From Thermodesulfobacteriota bacterium (GTDB lineage Bacteria; Desulfobacterota_D; UBA1144; Nemesobacterales; JAJCZQ01): a DNA stretch of 64,000 nucleotides. The stretch lies in assembly GCA_965203965.1 (NCBI GenBank), contig CBDBDR010000017.1, positions 608,001 through 672,000 on the forward strand, in the 5' to 3' direction. A model generated the notes under the pieces. That model was not told the origin of the DNA, ran no database searches, and saw only the letters and a program-made list of their open reading frames with translations. The position numbers were made by a program, and so were the translations under genes. Below, one piece after another: positions 37,023 to 47,344 of the stretch (within the stretch, counting starts at the first letter, position 1; each line of letters opens with the position of its first letter).

Positions 37023-39262
37023 CTTCTTAACTCCTTTATTCGATCTACGTCAATATAAACTTCCCTTGGTTTTCCCGCAGACTCCTGCGGTCCTATGATC
37101 CCTTCCCTTTCCATCATCTCCACTATATTTGCAGCCCTGTTGTAACCTATCTTAAGTCTTCTTTGTAACATGGAAATAGAAACCTGTTTTGTATCAACAA
37201 TAATTTTCAAGGCTTCTTTGTATAACTCATCTTTCTCACTATCAAAGTCCCCAAGCTCTTCAGAATCGTCAATATGTGTAATATCTTCATTATATTCAGG
37301 ATGTCCCTGACGTTTAAGATAATCAGTTATCCTTTCCCTCTCACGATCTGATATTAAAGCCCCTTGTATCCTGATCAGTAACGGAGAACCCGGCTTCAAA
37401 AATAACATATCACCTTTTCCGAGGAGACTTTCAGCCCCACCCGTATCAAGGATTATCCTTGAATCAACTTTGGACGACACATGAAATGATATTCTTGATG
37501 GGAAATTTGCTTTTAAGAGACCAGCTACAATATCCGCCGAAGGTCTTTGTGTAGCAACTATAAGGTGGATACCCGCCGCCCGTGCTTTTTGGGAAAGTCT
37601 TGTGATAGACTCTTTAATTTCACTCGGTGCAACCATCATAAGGTCAGCCAACTCGTCAATTATAATAACGATATAGGGCATCCATTTATCCCACTTGTCT
37701 TCTGGGTCCTCAATCTTAATCTTTTGATTGTAGGTTTCCAGATCCCTTACTCCCTCTTGAGAAAGCAACTGGTATCTGCTCTCCATCTCGTTTACAGCCC
37801 ATTTAAGCGCTGCTGCCGCTTTAATCGGTTCCGTTACAACAGGATGTAATAAATGAGGAATTCCTTCATAAATTGATAACTCAAGCATCTTGGGGTCTAT
37901 CATAATGAACTTTAGCTCTCTCGGAGTCGACTTATAAACAAGACTCGCAAGGATCGCATTTAATAACACACTTTTTCCTGATCCCGTGGTTCCAGCTATC
38001 ATTAAATGAGGGGATTTTCTCAGGTCAGTGTAAAGTGGCTTCCCTGAAATATCTTTACCGAGTGCAATAGTGAGTGCCGAGTTTTTATCCATGAAGTCAG
38101 GAGATTCAATAAGCTCCCTTATAACAACTGTTTCCCGTTCTTGATTGGGCACTTCAATACCGACCACGTCCTTGCCAGGTATTGGAGCAATTATTCTTAT
38201 GCTTAACGCACTAAGACCCATTGCAAGGTCACTGTCCAAAGATGCTATCTTATTTATTTTTATCCCGGGCGCGGGCTTGTATTCAAACATCGTGATCACG
38301 GGTCCCGGCCTGATTTCCGTTACCTTACCCGTAACACCAAAGTCCTTCAGTTTATTCTCAATAAGTCTTGCTTCTCTATAAACGGCTTCCTTATCAACTT
38401 CTATTTGAGTATTGGTGCCCGGGTCAAGCATATCCGGTGGAGGAAGTTCAAAATTCCTTCTTAAAGGCGGGTCTGCCAACTCAATCTGATCCGATCCATT
38501 GCTCCCCGTCTCCAATTCTAAAACGATCTCAGGCTCGAAATCTTTATCCCCCGTCATGGTTTCATCAATCTCAGACCCGTTGGTGGGAACGTCAAGTACC
38601 GGTGCAGAAAAAACTTTTTGATTGTATTCTCTTTTTTCCTGAACCTTAGCTTTATTCCTATTGCTTATGACCACGGACAGACCGTAGACCTTTGCAACTG
38701 AATTATAAGTGGCTTTGGCCGTATGATTTATAGCTCCATTTAGTAACGCAAAAAGATGGGATAATTTAAATTCCGTTATTAACATCACACTCATTAAGAG
38801 AAACACCGTTACTATGATGTAAGACCCTATTGTCCCGGCAAAGATATTCTCCATTTTTGATGATAAAATTGCTCCTACCGCACCGCCGGCTGAGTTGTAA
38901 CCAAATAGATCTCCCGCGAATATCAGTCCCATAAGAGTTGTCAGGGACAAAATAAAAATAAAAGAAGAAAGAGTCTTTCTGTATAAATTTTGTCCCGGCT
39001 TACTTGTGAAAACAATGTAAGCCAAATAGAACATGGCAAACGGAATGAAAAAGGAGGTAACCCCGAAAAACTCCACCAATTTTCCAGATATAAAAACACC
39101 TATTGAACCCATGGTGTTTTCAATGTCATATCCCGATTCTGAACTGTAAAAGAATAAACTTAAAAAAGAAAAAATTCCGATTGTAAACAAGATAGCCGAA
39201 AGTATCTCATTGACTAAAGTAGTACCTGTGTTCTTGTATGCTTGATTTTTCCTTTTAGCCAT
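37019..39262 (-). CDS. ftsK: DNA translocase FtsK
   Basis: 4TM N-terminus, [22 protein letters not shown], gamma domain LQRRLKIGYNRAA. Confidence 0.97.
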   Translation of the reverse strand: MAKRKNQAYKNTGTTLVNEILSAILFTIGIFSFLSLFFYSSESGYDIENTMGSIGVFISGKLVEFFGVTSFFIPFAMFYLAYIVFTSKPGQNLYRKTLSSFIFILSLTTLMGLIFAGDLFGYNSAGGAVGAILSSKMENIFAGTIGSYIIVTVFLLMSVMLITEFKLSHLFALLNGAINHTAKATYNSVAKVYGLSVVISNRNKAKVQEKREYNQKVFSAPVLDVPTNGSEIDETMTGDKDFEPEIVLELETGSNGSDQIELADPPLRRNFELPPPDMLDPGTNTQIEVDKEAVYREARLIENKLKDFGVTGKVTEIRPGPVITMFEYKPAPGIKINKIASLDSDLAMGLSALSIRIIAPIPGKDVVGIEVPNQERETVVIRELIESPDFMDKNSALTIALGKDISGKPLYTDLRKSPHLMIAGTTGSGKSVLLNAILASLVYKSTPRELKFIMIDPKMLELSIYEGIPHLLHPVVTEPIKAAAALKWAVNEMESRYQLLSQEGVRDLETYNQKIKIEDPEDKWDKWMPYIVIIIDELADLMMVAPSEIKESITRLSQKARAAGIHLIVATQRPSADIVAGLLKANFPSRISFHVSSKVDSRIILDTGGAESLLGKGDMLFLKPGSPLLIRIQGALISDRERERITDYLKRQGHPEYNEDITHIDDSEELGDFDSEKDELYKEALKIIVDTKQVSISMLQRRLKIGYNRAANIVEMMEREGIIGPQESAGKPREVYIDVDRIKELRS

Positions 39263-39381
39263 AACAAACTTTTAACTATACTGCAAACAATCTTACCATA
39301 TAAAAATCTGGGAATTATCCCCTACAAAATTTAGGAACTCAGTGATTAACACCCCGTAACTTATAACACAAAAATTTTTAC

Positions 39382-40830
39382 TCAAAAAGGATTTACAGCT
39401 TTAACCGCAAATTCTATTGAATAAAGAGGAAACAGTCCAAAGAGCAAAGTTGCCAGTGATAGAACTCCTATGGAAATCGCTGAAGTCCGACTATAAGGCT
39501 CAAAACTGTATTTTTCATCCCGCATAAAGGCATAAACCAGAACTTTCAAATAATAGTAGGCTGATAACACGCTGTTTATTACCCCGATCACAACTAAAGT
39601 GTATAGCTGAACGTCGACAGCGGAAAGAAATATCCTGTATTTTGCAAAAAAGCCCACGGTAGGAGGAATTCCAGCAAGAGAGAACATAAAGATCCCTAGA
39701 CAGATCGCAGTGTATGGTTTTTTTATCCACAAACCTGATATACCGTCATAATCATTTCTCTCTTTACCCTCTCTGATCAGACAGCAGATAATTGCAAAAG
39801 CTCCCATGTTCATAACAGTGTAGGCACAAATGTAGTAAAGCACCTCACTCAACGCATTTGACTGACCTTTCATTTGGGCTATTATGCCAATAAGAACATA
39901 GCCTGTATGAGCTATACTTGAATAGGCAAGCATTCTCTTTATGCTTCCCTGAACGATAGCAGATACGTTACCGATCGTCATTGTCAGAATTGATATTATT
40001 ATCAGCACTTTTTCCACGCCCAACCCAGATATATTTATCCCTTGAAATAAAACCCTCAATAAAACTGCAAAAGCTGCGGCTTTAACAGCAACTGACATGA
40101 AAGCGGTTATGGTAGTGGGTGCACCTTCATAGGTGTCAGGTATCCATTGGTGAAGAGGCACCGCACCTATTTTGAAAAGAAACCCCACTAATACGAGAAT
40201 TGACCCTGTAAGGTAAAGAGGGTCCCCGGAATCAAAATTGGCAAGTATATTGTCCAGAAAAACAGAGCCTGTTGCACCATAAAGAAGCGCCATGCCGTAA
40301 AGAAGAATTGCTGATGAAAAACCGCCTAATACCAGATATTTAATACCTGATTCTGTAGATTTGACCGATTTCCTGTTGAACCCGCTGAGCACGTAAACTG
40401 AAATTGACATAATCTCAAATCCTATGAACAGTGATATAAACTCTTTCGCAGAACTCAAAAACATCATCCCCGTTGTACAAAGCAAAATAAGGGAAAAATA
40501 TTCGCCTATGTTCTCATCATTTTGCATATAATCCCTTGAGATCAATATTGTAAATAAAGCCCCAATAAGAAAGAGAGAGTTGAAATAGGCGGAGAAAACG
40601 TCAAGGGAAAGTGCACCGTCAAAAGCAATCCAATTCTCGCTGGGAGTTATGAACCGTTCTAAATTAAAGAAGAAGGAAAGACAAACACCAACAACGGCAA
40701 TCGCAAAACCGTAAGACCTGCTCTTTTCTCCAACCAAAGAAGTTACAAGAATAGCAACTAAAGAGGCAATAACTAAAATCAGTTCGGGGATTATAGAATA
40801 TACACTGGTAAGTAAAGAACTCAGCTCCAT
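39382..40830 (-). CDS. nuoN: NADH-quinone oxidoreductase subunit N
   Basis: ESGIKYL, FKIGAVPLHQWIPDTYEGAP, KRMLAYSSIAH, LAGIPP. Confidence 0.93.
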   Translation of the reverse strand: MELSSLLTSVYSIIPELILVIASLVAILVTSLVGEKSRSYGFAIAVVGVCLSFFFNLERFITPSENWIAFDGALSLDVFSAYFNSLFLIGALFTILISRDYMQNDENIGEYFSLILLCTTGMMFLSSAKEFISLFIGFEIMSISVYVLSGFNRKSVKSTESGIKYLVLGGFSSAILLYGMALLYGATGSVFLDNILANFDSGDPLYLTGSILVLVGFLFKIGAVPLHQWIPDTYEGAPTTITAFMSVAVKAAAFAVLLRVLFQGINISGLGVEKVLIIISILTMTIGNVSAIVQGSIKRMLAYSSIAHTGYVLIGIIAQMKGQSNALSEVLYYICAYTVMNMGAFAIICCLIREGKERNDYDGISGLWIKKPYTAICLGIFMFSLAGIPPTVGFFAKYRIFLSAVDVQLYTLVVIGVINSVLSAYYYLKVLVYAFMRDEKYSFEPYSRTSAISIGVLSLATLLFGLFPLYSIEFAVKAVNPF

Positions 40831-40913
40831 TTTAGTTGCAAAGCGAAAATAAGATTTGAGGGTTTTAGTATGTTTGAACGATGCTTATTGTCAAGAACCA
40901 TTGATAGAGAAAG

Positions 40914-41375
40914 TCAATCTATAATATCAAATTCGACACGTTCAAAGCAAGAGTCAGTTTCATTTAAATACCAGAGTCTTGCATCTTTGTATTTCCCTTT
41001 ATTTATTGAAAAAATAATGTATCCCCAACCCGGCGAGGCAATTTTTCTGTCGGTTTCAGATGGTTTTGAAGGATGATCAGGATGCGAATGGTAAATGCCC
41101 ATTATATCAAGACCGTTTTGCCTTGCCCAATTATCAGCTTCAATAAATGAGTTTGGATCCAACTCAAACCGATCCCTAAGACGCTCCTTATTAAGCTGAT
41201 TATAGGTCTTAAATTCCGTCTTTACACTGTCTTGAGAAATTAAATTTTTGCATTCCCTATGATTAGTTATCTCCTCTCCTTTTCCGATCATAACACCACA
41301 AACCTCATAGGGATAACCGCATTCGGCATGACCCATCATACCTTCATAGGCGGCTTTTTTTATTTTTACCACCAT
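40914..41375 (-). CDS. JAMM/M67 metallopeptidase (Mec-like)
   Basis: YPYEVCG and GIYHSHPDHPSKPSETD JAMM motif. Confidence 0.92.
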   Translation of the reverse strand: MVVKIKKAAYEGMMGHAECGYPYEVCGVMIGKGEEITNHRECKNLISQDSVKTEFKTYNQLNKERLRDRFELDPNSFIEADNWARQNGLDIMGIYHSHPDHPSKPSETDRKIASPGWGYIIFSINKGKYKDARLWYLNETDSCFERVEFDIID

Positions 41376-42280
41376 ATTCCCTCACTCAGATACCTAAAAC
41401 CACTGTCAGGCAGGACAGTTACGATCACTCCTGCATCCAGTTCTTTTGCATATTCAAACACGCAGTGCACCGCCGCACCTCCTGAGTGACCAATAAAAAG
41501 ACCCTTTTTATCCATGACCTTTTTCATCATTGTATATGATTTCTCTGTTTCGACCTCAACTATTTCGTCCGCAAAAGCCTCATTGTATATTTCGGGCACT
41601 ATTGAAGTGGATATGTGCTTTAAACCTTCAAGTCCATGAAGCGGTTCCGAAGGTTGCATAGCAATTACCTTAATATTTTTGTTGAATTCCTTCAATCCGG
41701 TTCCCGTTCCCATCAATGTGCCACTGGTGCCGATCCCGGCAAGAAAATGTGTTACACTGCCCCCAGTCTGGTGCCATATCTCGGGTGCCGTAGTTTTGTA
41801 ATGAGCTCTGGGATTTGCAGGATTATTGTATTGATCTGGCATAAAATACTTGTCGGGATTTTTCTCTTTTATCTTCTTTGCAAGCCTAATGGCACCATCT
41901 GAGCCTTCAAAAGGATTGGAGTTTATAATCTTTGCTCCGTATGCTTGAATTACCTTTTTTCTTTCAAAATTGACATTCTCCGGTATTACTAACTCAACTT
42001 TATATCCAAGTACGGCACCGATCATGGAATAAGCGATCGCGGTGTTGCCAGAAGATGAGTCCATTATAATTCTATCTTCGGTCAACTCACCCGAGTTAAT
42101 CCCATCCATTATCATTCCAAACGCCGGTCTGTCTTTTACGGAACCACCCGGATTAAACCATTCGGCTTTTGCGTATATCTCAACGTTTGACTTAATATCA
42201 GGGTCAATATTATTTAGTGATATGAGAGGCGTATTGCCTATCAAGTCAAGCAGGTTTTTAATATTTCTGCTGTTTTTCAC
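41366..42280 (-). CDS. cysM: PLP-dependent cysteine synthase (CysM type)
   Basis: NPGGSVKDR, SSGNT, GIGTSGT, PDSGFRYLS. Confidence 0.88.
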   Translation of the reverse strand: MKNSRNIKNLLDLIGNTPLISLNNIDPDIKSNVEIYAKAEWFNPGGSVKDRPAFGMIMDGINSGELTEDRIIMDSSSGNTAIAYSMIGAVLGYKVELVIPENVNFERKKVIQAYGAKIINSNPFEGSDGAIRLAKKIKEKNPDKYFMPDQYNNPANPRAHYKTTAPEIWHQTGGSVTHFLAGIGTSGTLMGTGTGLKEFNKNIKVIAMQPSEPLHGLEGLKHISTSIVPEIYNEAFADEIVEVETEKSYTMMKKVMDKKGLFIGHSGGAAVHCVFEYAKELDAGVIVTVLPDSGFRYLSEGIWW

Positions 42281-42310
42281 GGTTTTAACTGGAAATACTA
42301 CAGTTATAGG

Positions 42311-42550
42311 TCAGCAACGCTCAATCAGAATTTTGTAAAGATGAGAATCAGTCATGTAAATCTCCAATATCTTGTGTCCTTCTTGTTTAATGCTTTTAGG
42401 TAAGTTAGCTAATGACTCACCTTCCCTCAGACTAACTTCAAGTATCTGCCCCTTCTCCATTGTTGCAAGTTTGAGCTTCGTCTTAACAAAGGTCATAGGA
42501 CATATTTCTTTGGTAACATCAATTGACTGATCGTGCTTATATTCTGCCAT
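42311..42550 (-). CDS. TusA-family sulfur carrier
   Basis: IDVTKEICPMTFVKTKLKL, 79 aa. Confidence 0.88.
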   Translation of the reverse strand: MAEYKHDQSIDVTKEICPMTFVKTKLKLATMEKGQILEVSLREGESLANLPKSIKQEGHKILEIYMTDSHLYKILIERC

Positions 42551-42863
42551 AACGATAAAAGAGTATCTATATTGTATCCTGTCTTACTTTATCACAACCA
42601 ACCGTCTATAACAAAATAAAGTGAGTTCAAGAAAAAGTTGTAACCGCACGTTAAGATATTAACGTGTATATTGAAAGTAAAAATGGTGATGGTAGGTAGT
42701 CCACCCACGTCAGAATAAGCAGGTTGGTAGAGTCTTTTTTAATTTAATTCAAAAATTCTGCTCAATATAAAAACCACTGACGGGATACCCTCAAATTGAT
42801 CTTGTGCAATAACTTTATGAAACAGAAAACTGAAATTTTTCTCTTTCTCTAAAACTAAACCAA

Positions 42864-43571
42864 CTAATGAGACCCAACCCATGAAATAACCGATTCAAAT
42901 ATAAGCCTGCCTTGACTCCCCCCAGTTGTTGAGTGAGATGCTCTCTCGGGATGAGGCATCATACCAAGAACGTTATGTCCGGAGTTGCAGATCCCCGCAA
43001 CGTTGTGAGCGGAGCCGTTGGGATTTGCATCATCTGTTATATTGCCCTTGTCGTCGCAATACCTGAACACCACTCTTGAGTCATCTATAAGATATTTAAA
43101 CTGCTCATCAGACACATAATAGTTTCCCTCACCATTTGCAATGGGAACTCTCAAAATATCACCCTTTCTTAAATTACACGTGAAAGGTGTATTTGTGTTT
43201 TCAACTACAAGGTTTATCCACTTACAAACGAATTTTAATGATGAATTTTTTATAAACGCACCCTGCAACATTCCCGACTCAACTAGTATCTGAAAGCCGT
43301 TACATATTCCAATTACGGGCTTGCCATCTTCTGCAAATTCTTTTACCGCTTCCATCACTGGGGAGAATCTGGCTATGGAGCCGGTTCTGAGATAATCACC
43401 ATAGGAAAAGCCACCGGGTATCAAGATACAGTCAAGACCATCCAGACACGTTTCAAGGTGCCAGATATATTCACAACTTTGAGACAGGAAATCTCTTAGA
43501 ACGTGATAACAGTCGCGGTCGCAATTTGATCCGGGGAATACAACAACTCCGAAATTAGCCATACGGCTCAC
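42864..43571 (-). CDS. purQ: FGAM synthase glutaminase subunit
   Basis: FPGSNCD, PGGFSYGDY, GICNGFQ, MMPHPER. Confidence 0.97.
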   Translation of the reverse strand: MSRMANFGVVVFPGSNCDRDCYHVLRDFLSQSCEYIWHLETCLDGLDCILIPGGFSYGDYLRTGSIARFSPVMEAVKEFAEDGKPVIGICNGFQILVESGMLQGAFIKNSSLKFVCKWINLVVENTNTPFTCNLRKGDILRVPIANGEGNYYVSDEQFKYLIDDSRVVFRYCDDKGNITDDANPNGSAHNVAGICNSGHNVLGMMPHPERASHSTTGGSQGRLIFESVISWVGSH

Positions 43572-43825
43572 AACTCCTCTTGAACATTAATGAAGTAGTC
43601 TTCAATTACAGTATTGGATAACAGTTTGCGGCACATATCCGCAACGGAATTTTGGACTTCATCTAAAGAATCCGAGACAATTCTCATCTCTATTAGTTTT
43701 CCTATCCTTGAATCTGTAACCTGCTTATAACCAAGATTGTGCAGAGCAGAAAGCACTGCCTTCCCTTGGGGATCAAGAACAACGGGCTTTAATTTCACTT
43801 CAACTTTAACCAGAAATTTTTTCAT
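43568..43825 (-). CDS. purS: FGAM synthase subunit PurS
   Basis: VLDPQG, LLSNTVIEDY. Confidence 0.95.
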   Translation of the reverse strand: MKKFLVKVEVKLKPVVLDPQGKAVLSALHNLGYKQVTDSRIGKLIEMRIVSDSLDEVQNSVADMCRKLLSNTVIEDYFINVQEEL

Positions 43826-43839
43826 AGTGGCTTGAAGGT

Positions 43840-44703
43840 CTATACCCTTTTGGTAAGCAGTCCCATGAGTCTCTCAAATTCCTCATCGGAATAATATTGA
43901 ATTTCAATTCTGCCCTTATCCCTCTTACCTTTGATGCTGACTTTGGTGCCCAAGGTTCTTTTAAGCTCTTCCACCATGCCGGTGATAAACATGTCGTTTT
44001 CTACTGATACATTGCCTTGCCTATTGGATGATTGTAGTTTTCTCAACAATTTAACGTGGTTCTCAGTCTGCCTTACGGATAATTTTTTTTGAATTACAAG
44101 GTCAAGTGCCTTATCTATTTCATCCTGGTCTTCCAAAATAACAAGTGCCCTTGCATGACCAGTTGAGATCGTGCCATCCACAAGTGCCTCCTTGGCGCGG
44201 ACAGACAAACTCAAAAGTCGCAGTTGGTTTGATATTGTTGATCTGTCTTTTCCTATTTTCCTTGATATATCATCGTGGGTTAGACTATGGTTATCTATCA
44301 GTTGTTGATATGCTTCAGCTATTTCAACCGGGTTAAGGTCTTCTCTTTGTATATTCTCTACAAGAGCAATCTCAAGTGTTTCTTTCTCATCCGCTTCACT
44401 AACTATTACTGGGACACTCCTGATCCCCGCTATCTGGGACGCTCTCCATCTTCTTTCCCCCGCTATTATTTCATACGAATCACCTGTTTTCCTTACGGCA
44501 AGAGGTTGAATGATCCCCTTTTCCTTTATTGACTCTGAAAGCTCTTTGATAGATGAATCGTTGAAATTTCTCCTTGGTTGTAGGTTGTTAGGTTTTAACT
44601 TTTCTATCGGAAGTATCATTACAGTGCTCTCAGTTGATACCTCCGCGTTGTCCTTTTTGGGTATTAATGCATCCAATCCTTTACCCAACACGGATCTTTT
44701 CAA
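43840..44703 (-). CDS. parB: Chromosome partition protein ParB
   Basis: LGKGLDALI, IIAGERRWRA, ENIQREDL, HTH. Confidence 0.96.
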   Translation of the reverse strand: MKRSVLGKGLDALIPKKDNAEVSTESTVMILPIEKLKPNNLQPRRNFNDSSIKELSESIKEKGIIQPLAVRKTGDSYEIIAGERRWRASQIAGIRSVPVIVSEADEKETLEIALVENIQREDLNPVEIAEAYQQLIDNHSLTHDDISRKIGKDRSTISNQLRLLSLSVRAKEALVDGTISTGHARALVILEDQDEIDKALDLVIQKKLSVRQTENHVKLLRKLQSSNRQGNVSVENDMFITGMVEELKRTLGTKVSIKGKRDKGRIEIQYYSDEEFERLMGLLTKRV

Positions 44704-45491
44704 ATCAGGTATCCCCCATTGTCATGGTTGATGATCTCACGTGCCAGCGATAGATAGTTTTCCGCACCGGATGACCTGAGGTCGTAAAGCATAAGAGGCT
44801 TGCCAAAACTAGGAGCCTCTGCCAATTTGACGTTTCTTGTTATCACGGATTTAAAAACTTGCTTGTCAAAATAGTTCTTTATCTCATTTGCAACGGAATG
44901 ACAAATATTATTCCTCTTGTCAAACATGGTAAGAAGGTACCCCTCTACGTTAAGGTAGGGATTGAGTCTTTGACGTATTAAAGAAAGTATACTCTGAAGT
45001 TGACCAAGCCCTTCCAAAGCGTAATACTCACACTGTATAGGCACAAGGACCGAATTTGCCGCGGTAAGTGCATTAACCGTTAAGACCCCAAGTGAGGGAG
45101 GGCAATCAATTATAATGTATTCATATTTATCCTTGATCGTTGAGAGCATATTTTTTAAGACCAATTCTTTTTCATCAAACTGGAACAATTCTACTTCGGC
45201 ACCGGTCAGTTCTGTGTCAGAAGGAGCAATATCAAGAAAATTGTTAAGTTCTCTTTTATGAACTGGGTATATAGTTTCCTCAATTAATATCTCCCCAATC
45301 AAAGCGTGATATATGTTGCTTTCAATATCCTGCTTGTTTATACCAAGCCCGCTTGACGCATTACCTTGAGGGTCAAAATCTATAACAAGGGTTTTTTTAT
45401 CGGCAGCCGCTAAAGATGCACCAAGGTTCACGGTGGTGGTGGTCTTACCTACTCCACCCTTCTGATTTACAACGCATATCGTTTTTGTCAT
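44700..45491 (-). CDS. parA: Chromosome partition ATPase ParA/Soj
   Basis: NQKGGVGKTTT, IDCPPSLG, EAPSFG. Confidence 0.96.
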   Translation of the reverse strand: MTKTICVVNQKGGVGKTTTTVNLGASLAAADKKTLVIDFDPQGNASSGLGINKQDIESNIYHALIGEILIEETIYPVHKRELNNFLDIAPSDTELTGAEVELFQFDEKELVLKNMLSTIKDKYEYIIIDCPPSLGVLTVNALTAANSVLVPIQCEYYALEGLGQLQSILSLIRQRLNPYLNVEGYLLTMFDKRNNICHSVANEIKNYFDKQVFKSVITRNVKLAEAPSFGKPLMLYDLRSSGAENYLSLAREIINHDNGGYLI

Positions 45492-45605
45492 CTTAAGTTA
45501 GAAAAATTTGCTTTTAAGGATGATAGACATTATTGTAAATGAAACTAAAAAATATTAAAGATAAAGTATTTCTCTTACTCGTTTCTAAGTTAGACCCCAG
45601 CTAAA

Positions 45606-46064
45606 TTGCAAAACAGATTAGTAACTATTCTTGCGAGTTTCTTTTATCTTGGTCACTCACCTTTTGCACCTGGCACCATAGGAACAATCGGTGCATTACC
45701 CCTTTATTACCTCATGTCCCATTTTTTAACAAGTGTTCAATATCTATTTGTTTTAATAATTTTAATTCCATTTTGCACGTTCGTATCCTCAAAAGCTATC
45801 GGTATATACAAAAATAATGACCCAAAAGAAGTAGTGATAGATGAAGTTGTCGGATACCTCGTAGCAATGGTTTTTATAACGCCAACTGCTATAAATATTA
45901 CGATTGGTTTTTTACTGTTCAGATTTTTTGACATTGTAAAAATTTTCCCCTCAAATCAACTTGAGAGACTGAAGGGGGGAGTTGGGATTGTAATGGATGA
46001 TGTTGCAGCCGGAATATGGACAAATCTGGTTCTGATTGTAATAAATAATTATATAGTGAAATAA
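45606..46064 (+). CDS. pgpA: Phosphatidylglycerophosphatase A
   Basis: APGTIGT, DPKEVVIDEVVG, FRFFDIVK, MDDVAAG. Confidence 0.93.
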   Translation: MQNRLVTILASFFYLGHSPFAPGTIGTIGALPLYYLMSHFLTSVQYLFVLIILIPFCTFVSSKAIGIYKNNDPKEVVIDEVVGYLVAMVFITPTAINITIGFLLFRFFDIVKIFPSNQLERLKGGVGIVMDDVAAGIWTNLVLIVINNYIVK

Positions 46065-46076
46065 AGGCTAAAACTT

Positions 46077-47324
46077 ATGAAAAACATTGAATTTATAGCC
46101 ACGGGCAATGAAATAATGTCAGGCTTGACGGTTGACACTAATTTTTCATGGCTGGCGGAAAAGTTAATTGAATTTGGGGTATCCATCAAACACCGTTGCT
46201 CCGTAGGTGATTATAAAGATGATATTATTTCAGCATTGCAAAACGCATCAAAAAGATCGGATTTTGCGATAATGACGGGCGGACTGGGACCAACGGATGA
46301 TGATCTGGCTTCAGCTGCTGCATCTGATTTTTTTAATGTTCCTCTTATACTTAATGAAGAATGCTTACTGGATATTAAGAAAAAACTCCACGACAGAAAT
46401 AGGAAATTTCTATCTATACACAAAAAACAGGCGATCTTCCCCGAAAACTCTGTCATTATTAAAAATGAGGTTGGCACGTCCGCAGGATTTAAATTTAGCA
46501 AAGGTGGTGTCTCTTTCTATTTTCTTCCGGGAGTTCCGGGAGAATTTAAGCCTATGATTAAAGATTTTGTTCTGCCGGACATACTTACCAGTTCTAATTT
46601 GCGTATCAGGATAATTCAAAACACTATCAAAACAGTTGGACTTGGCGAGTCGGAAATAGCAGAAAAACTGAAAGATATTGCTTTTGACAATGTGGAATTG
46701 AGCTACAGGATATATCATCCCGAAATACATCTGAAACTAATGGCAAAAAATGAAAATGAAGAGGTTTCAAGAAAAAATATAGAGAAATACACGAACTTGC
46801 TGAAAGATAAACTTGGCGAATATATATTTGCATTTGATGACAAGAACCTTGAGGAGGTTGTTTCAAAATTACTTCTGGAAAATAGTTTAACAATCTCAAC
46901 TGCCGAATCATGCACGGGCGGGTTACTTGCAAGTATGCTCACTGATATTCCAGGCAGTTCTGGGTATTTTACAAGGGGCGTTGTAAGTTACAGTGACGGT
47001 TCAAAATCAGACTTGTTAAACGTTGCAAATGAACTTATTATAAAGTATGGTGCCGTTAGCTCTCAAGTTGTAGAAGCAATGGCAGAGGGAATCAAGAACA
47101 CGAGCAATACAGACGTAGGCATTGCGATCTCTGGTATCGCGGGACCCGGCGGAGGCAGTAAAGCAAAACCAGTCGGAACGGTTCACATAGGTATAGCTTT
47201 CAAAAATGAACCGGTTTACTCTCAAAGATACAGTTTTAGTGGAAACCGACGAGATATTAAGTTACAGTCAAGCAAATATGCACTTGATATTATAAGAAAG
47301 AAAATAGAAAATAAGTCACAATAA
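46077..47324 (+). CDS. cinA: CinA (MoCF domain plus PncC NMN deamidase)
   Basis: GNEI, GGLGPTDDD, PGVPGE, TAESCTGG, SGIAGPGGG. Confidence 0.94.
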   Translation: MKNIEFIATGNEIMSGLTVDTNFSWLAEKLIEFGVSIKHRCSVGDYKDDIISALQNASKRSDFAIMTGGLGPTDDDLASAAASDFFNVPLILNEECLLDIKKKLHDRNRKFLSIHKKQAIFPENSVIIKNEVGTSAGFKFSKGGVSFYFLPGVPGEFKPMIKDFVLPDILTSSNLRIRIIQNTIKTVGLGESEIAEKLKDIAFDNVELSYRIYHPEIHLKLMAKNENEEVSRKNIEKYTNLLKDKLGEYIFAFDDKNLEEVVSKLLLENSLTISTAESCTGGLLASMLTDIPGSSGYFTRGVVSYSDGSKSDLLNVANELIIKYGAVSSQVVEAMAEGIKNTSNTDVGIAISGIAGPGGGSKAKPVGTVHIGIAFKNEPVYSQRYSFSGNRRDIKLQSSKYALDIIRKKIENKSQ

Positions 47325-47344
47325 AAAAGGATTAGAGAATAATA

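Noticed and set aside
36921..39732. DnaA-box matches TTATCCACA in lolA and nuoN
   Set aside because: Isolated, intragenic and unclustered; no evidence for oriC.
42684..42712. tmRNA/tRNA 3'-end-like sequence GACGTGGGTGGACTACCTACCATCACCA (minus strand)
   Set aside because: No TTCRA T-loop and no matching 5' acceptor strand; too degenerate to call.
43172..43188. parS-like TTACACGTGAAA near parB
   Set aside because: Lacks the outer GT/AC of the parS palindrome and lies inside purQ coding sequence.
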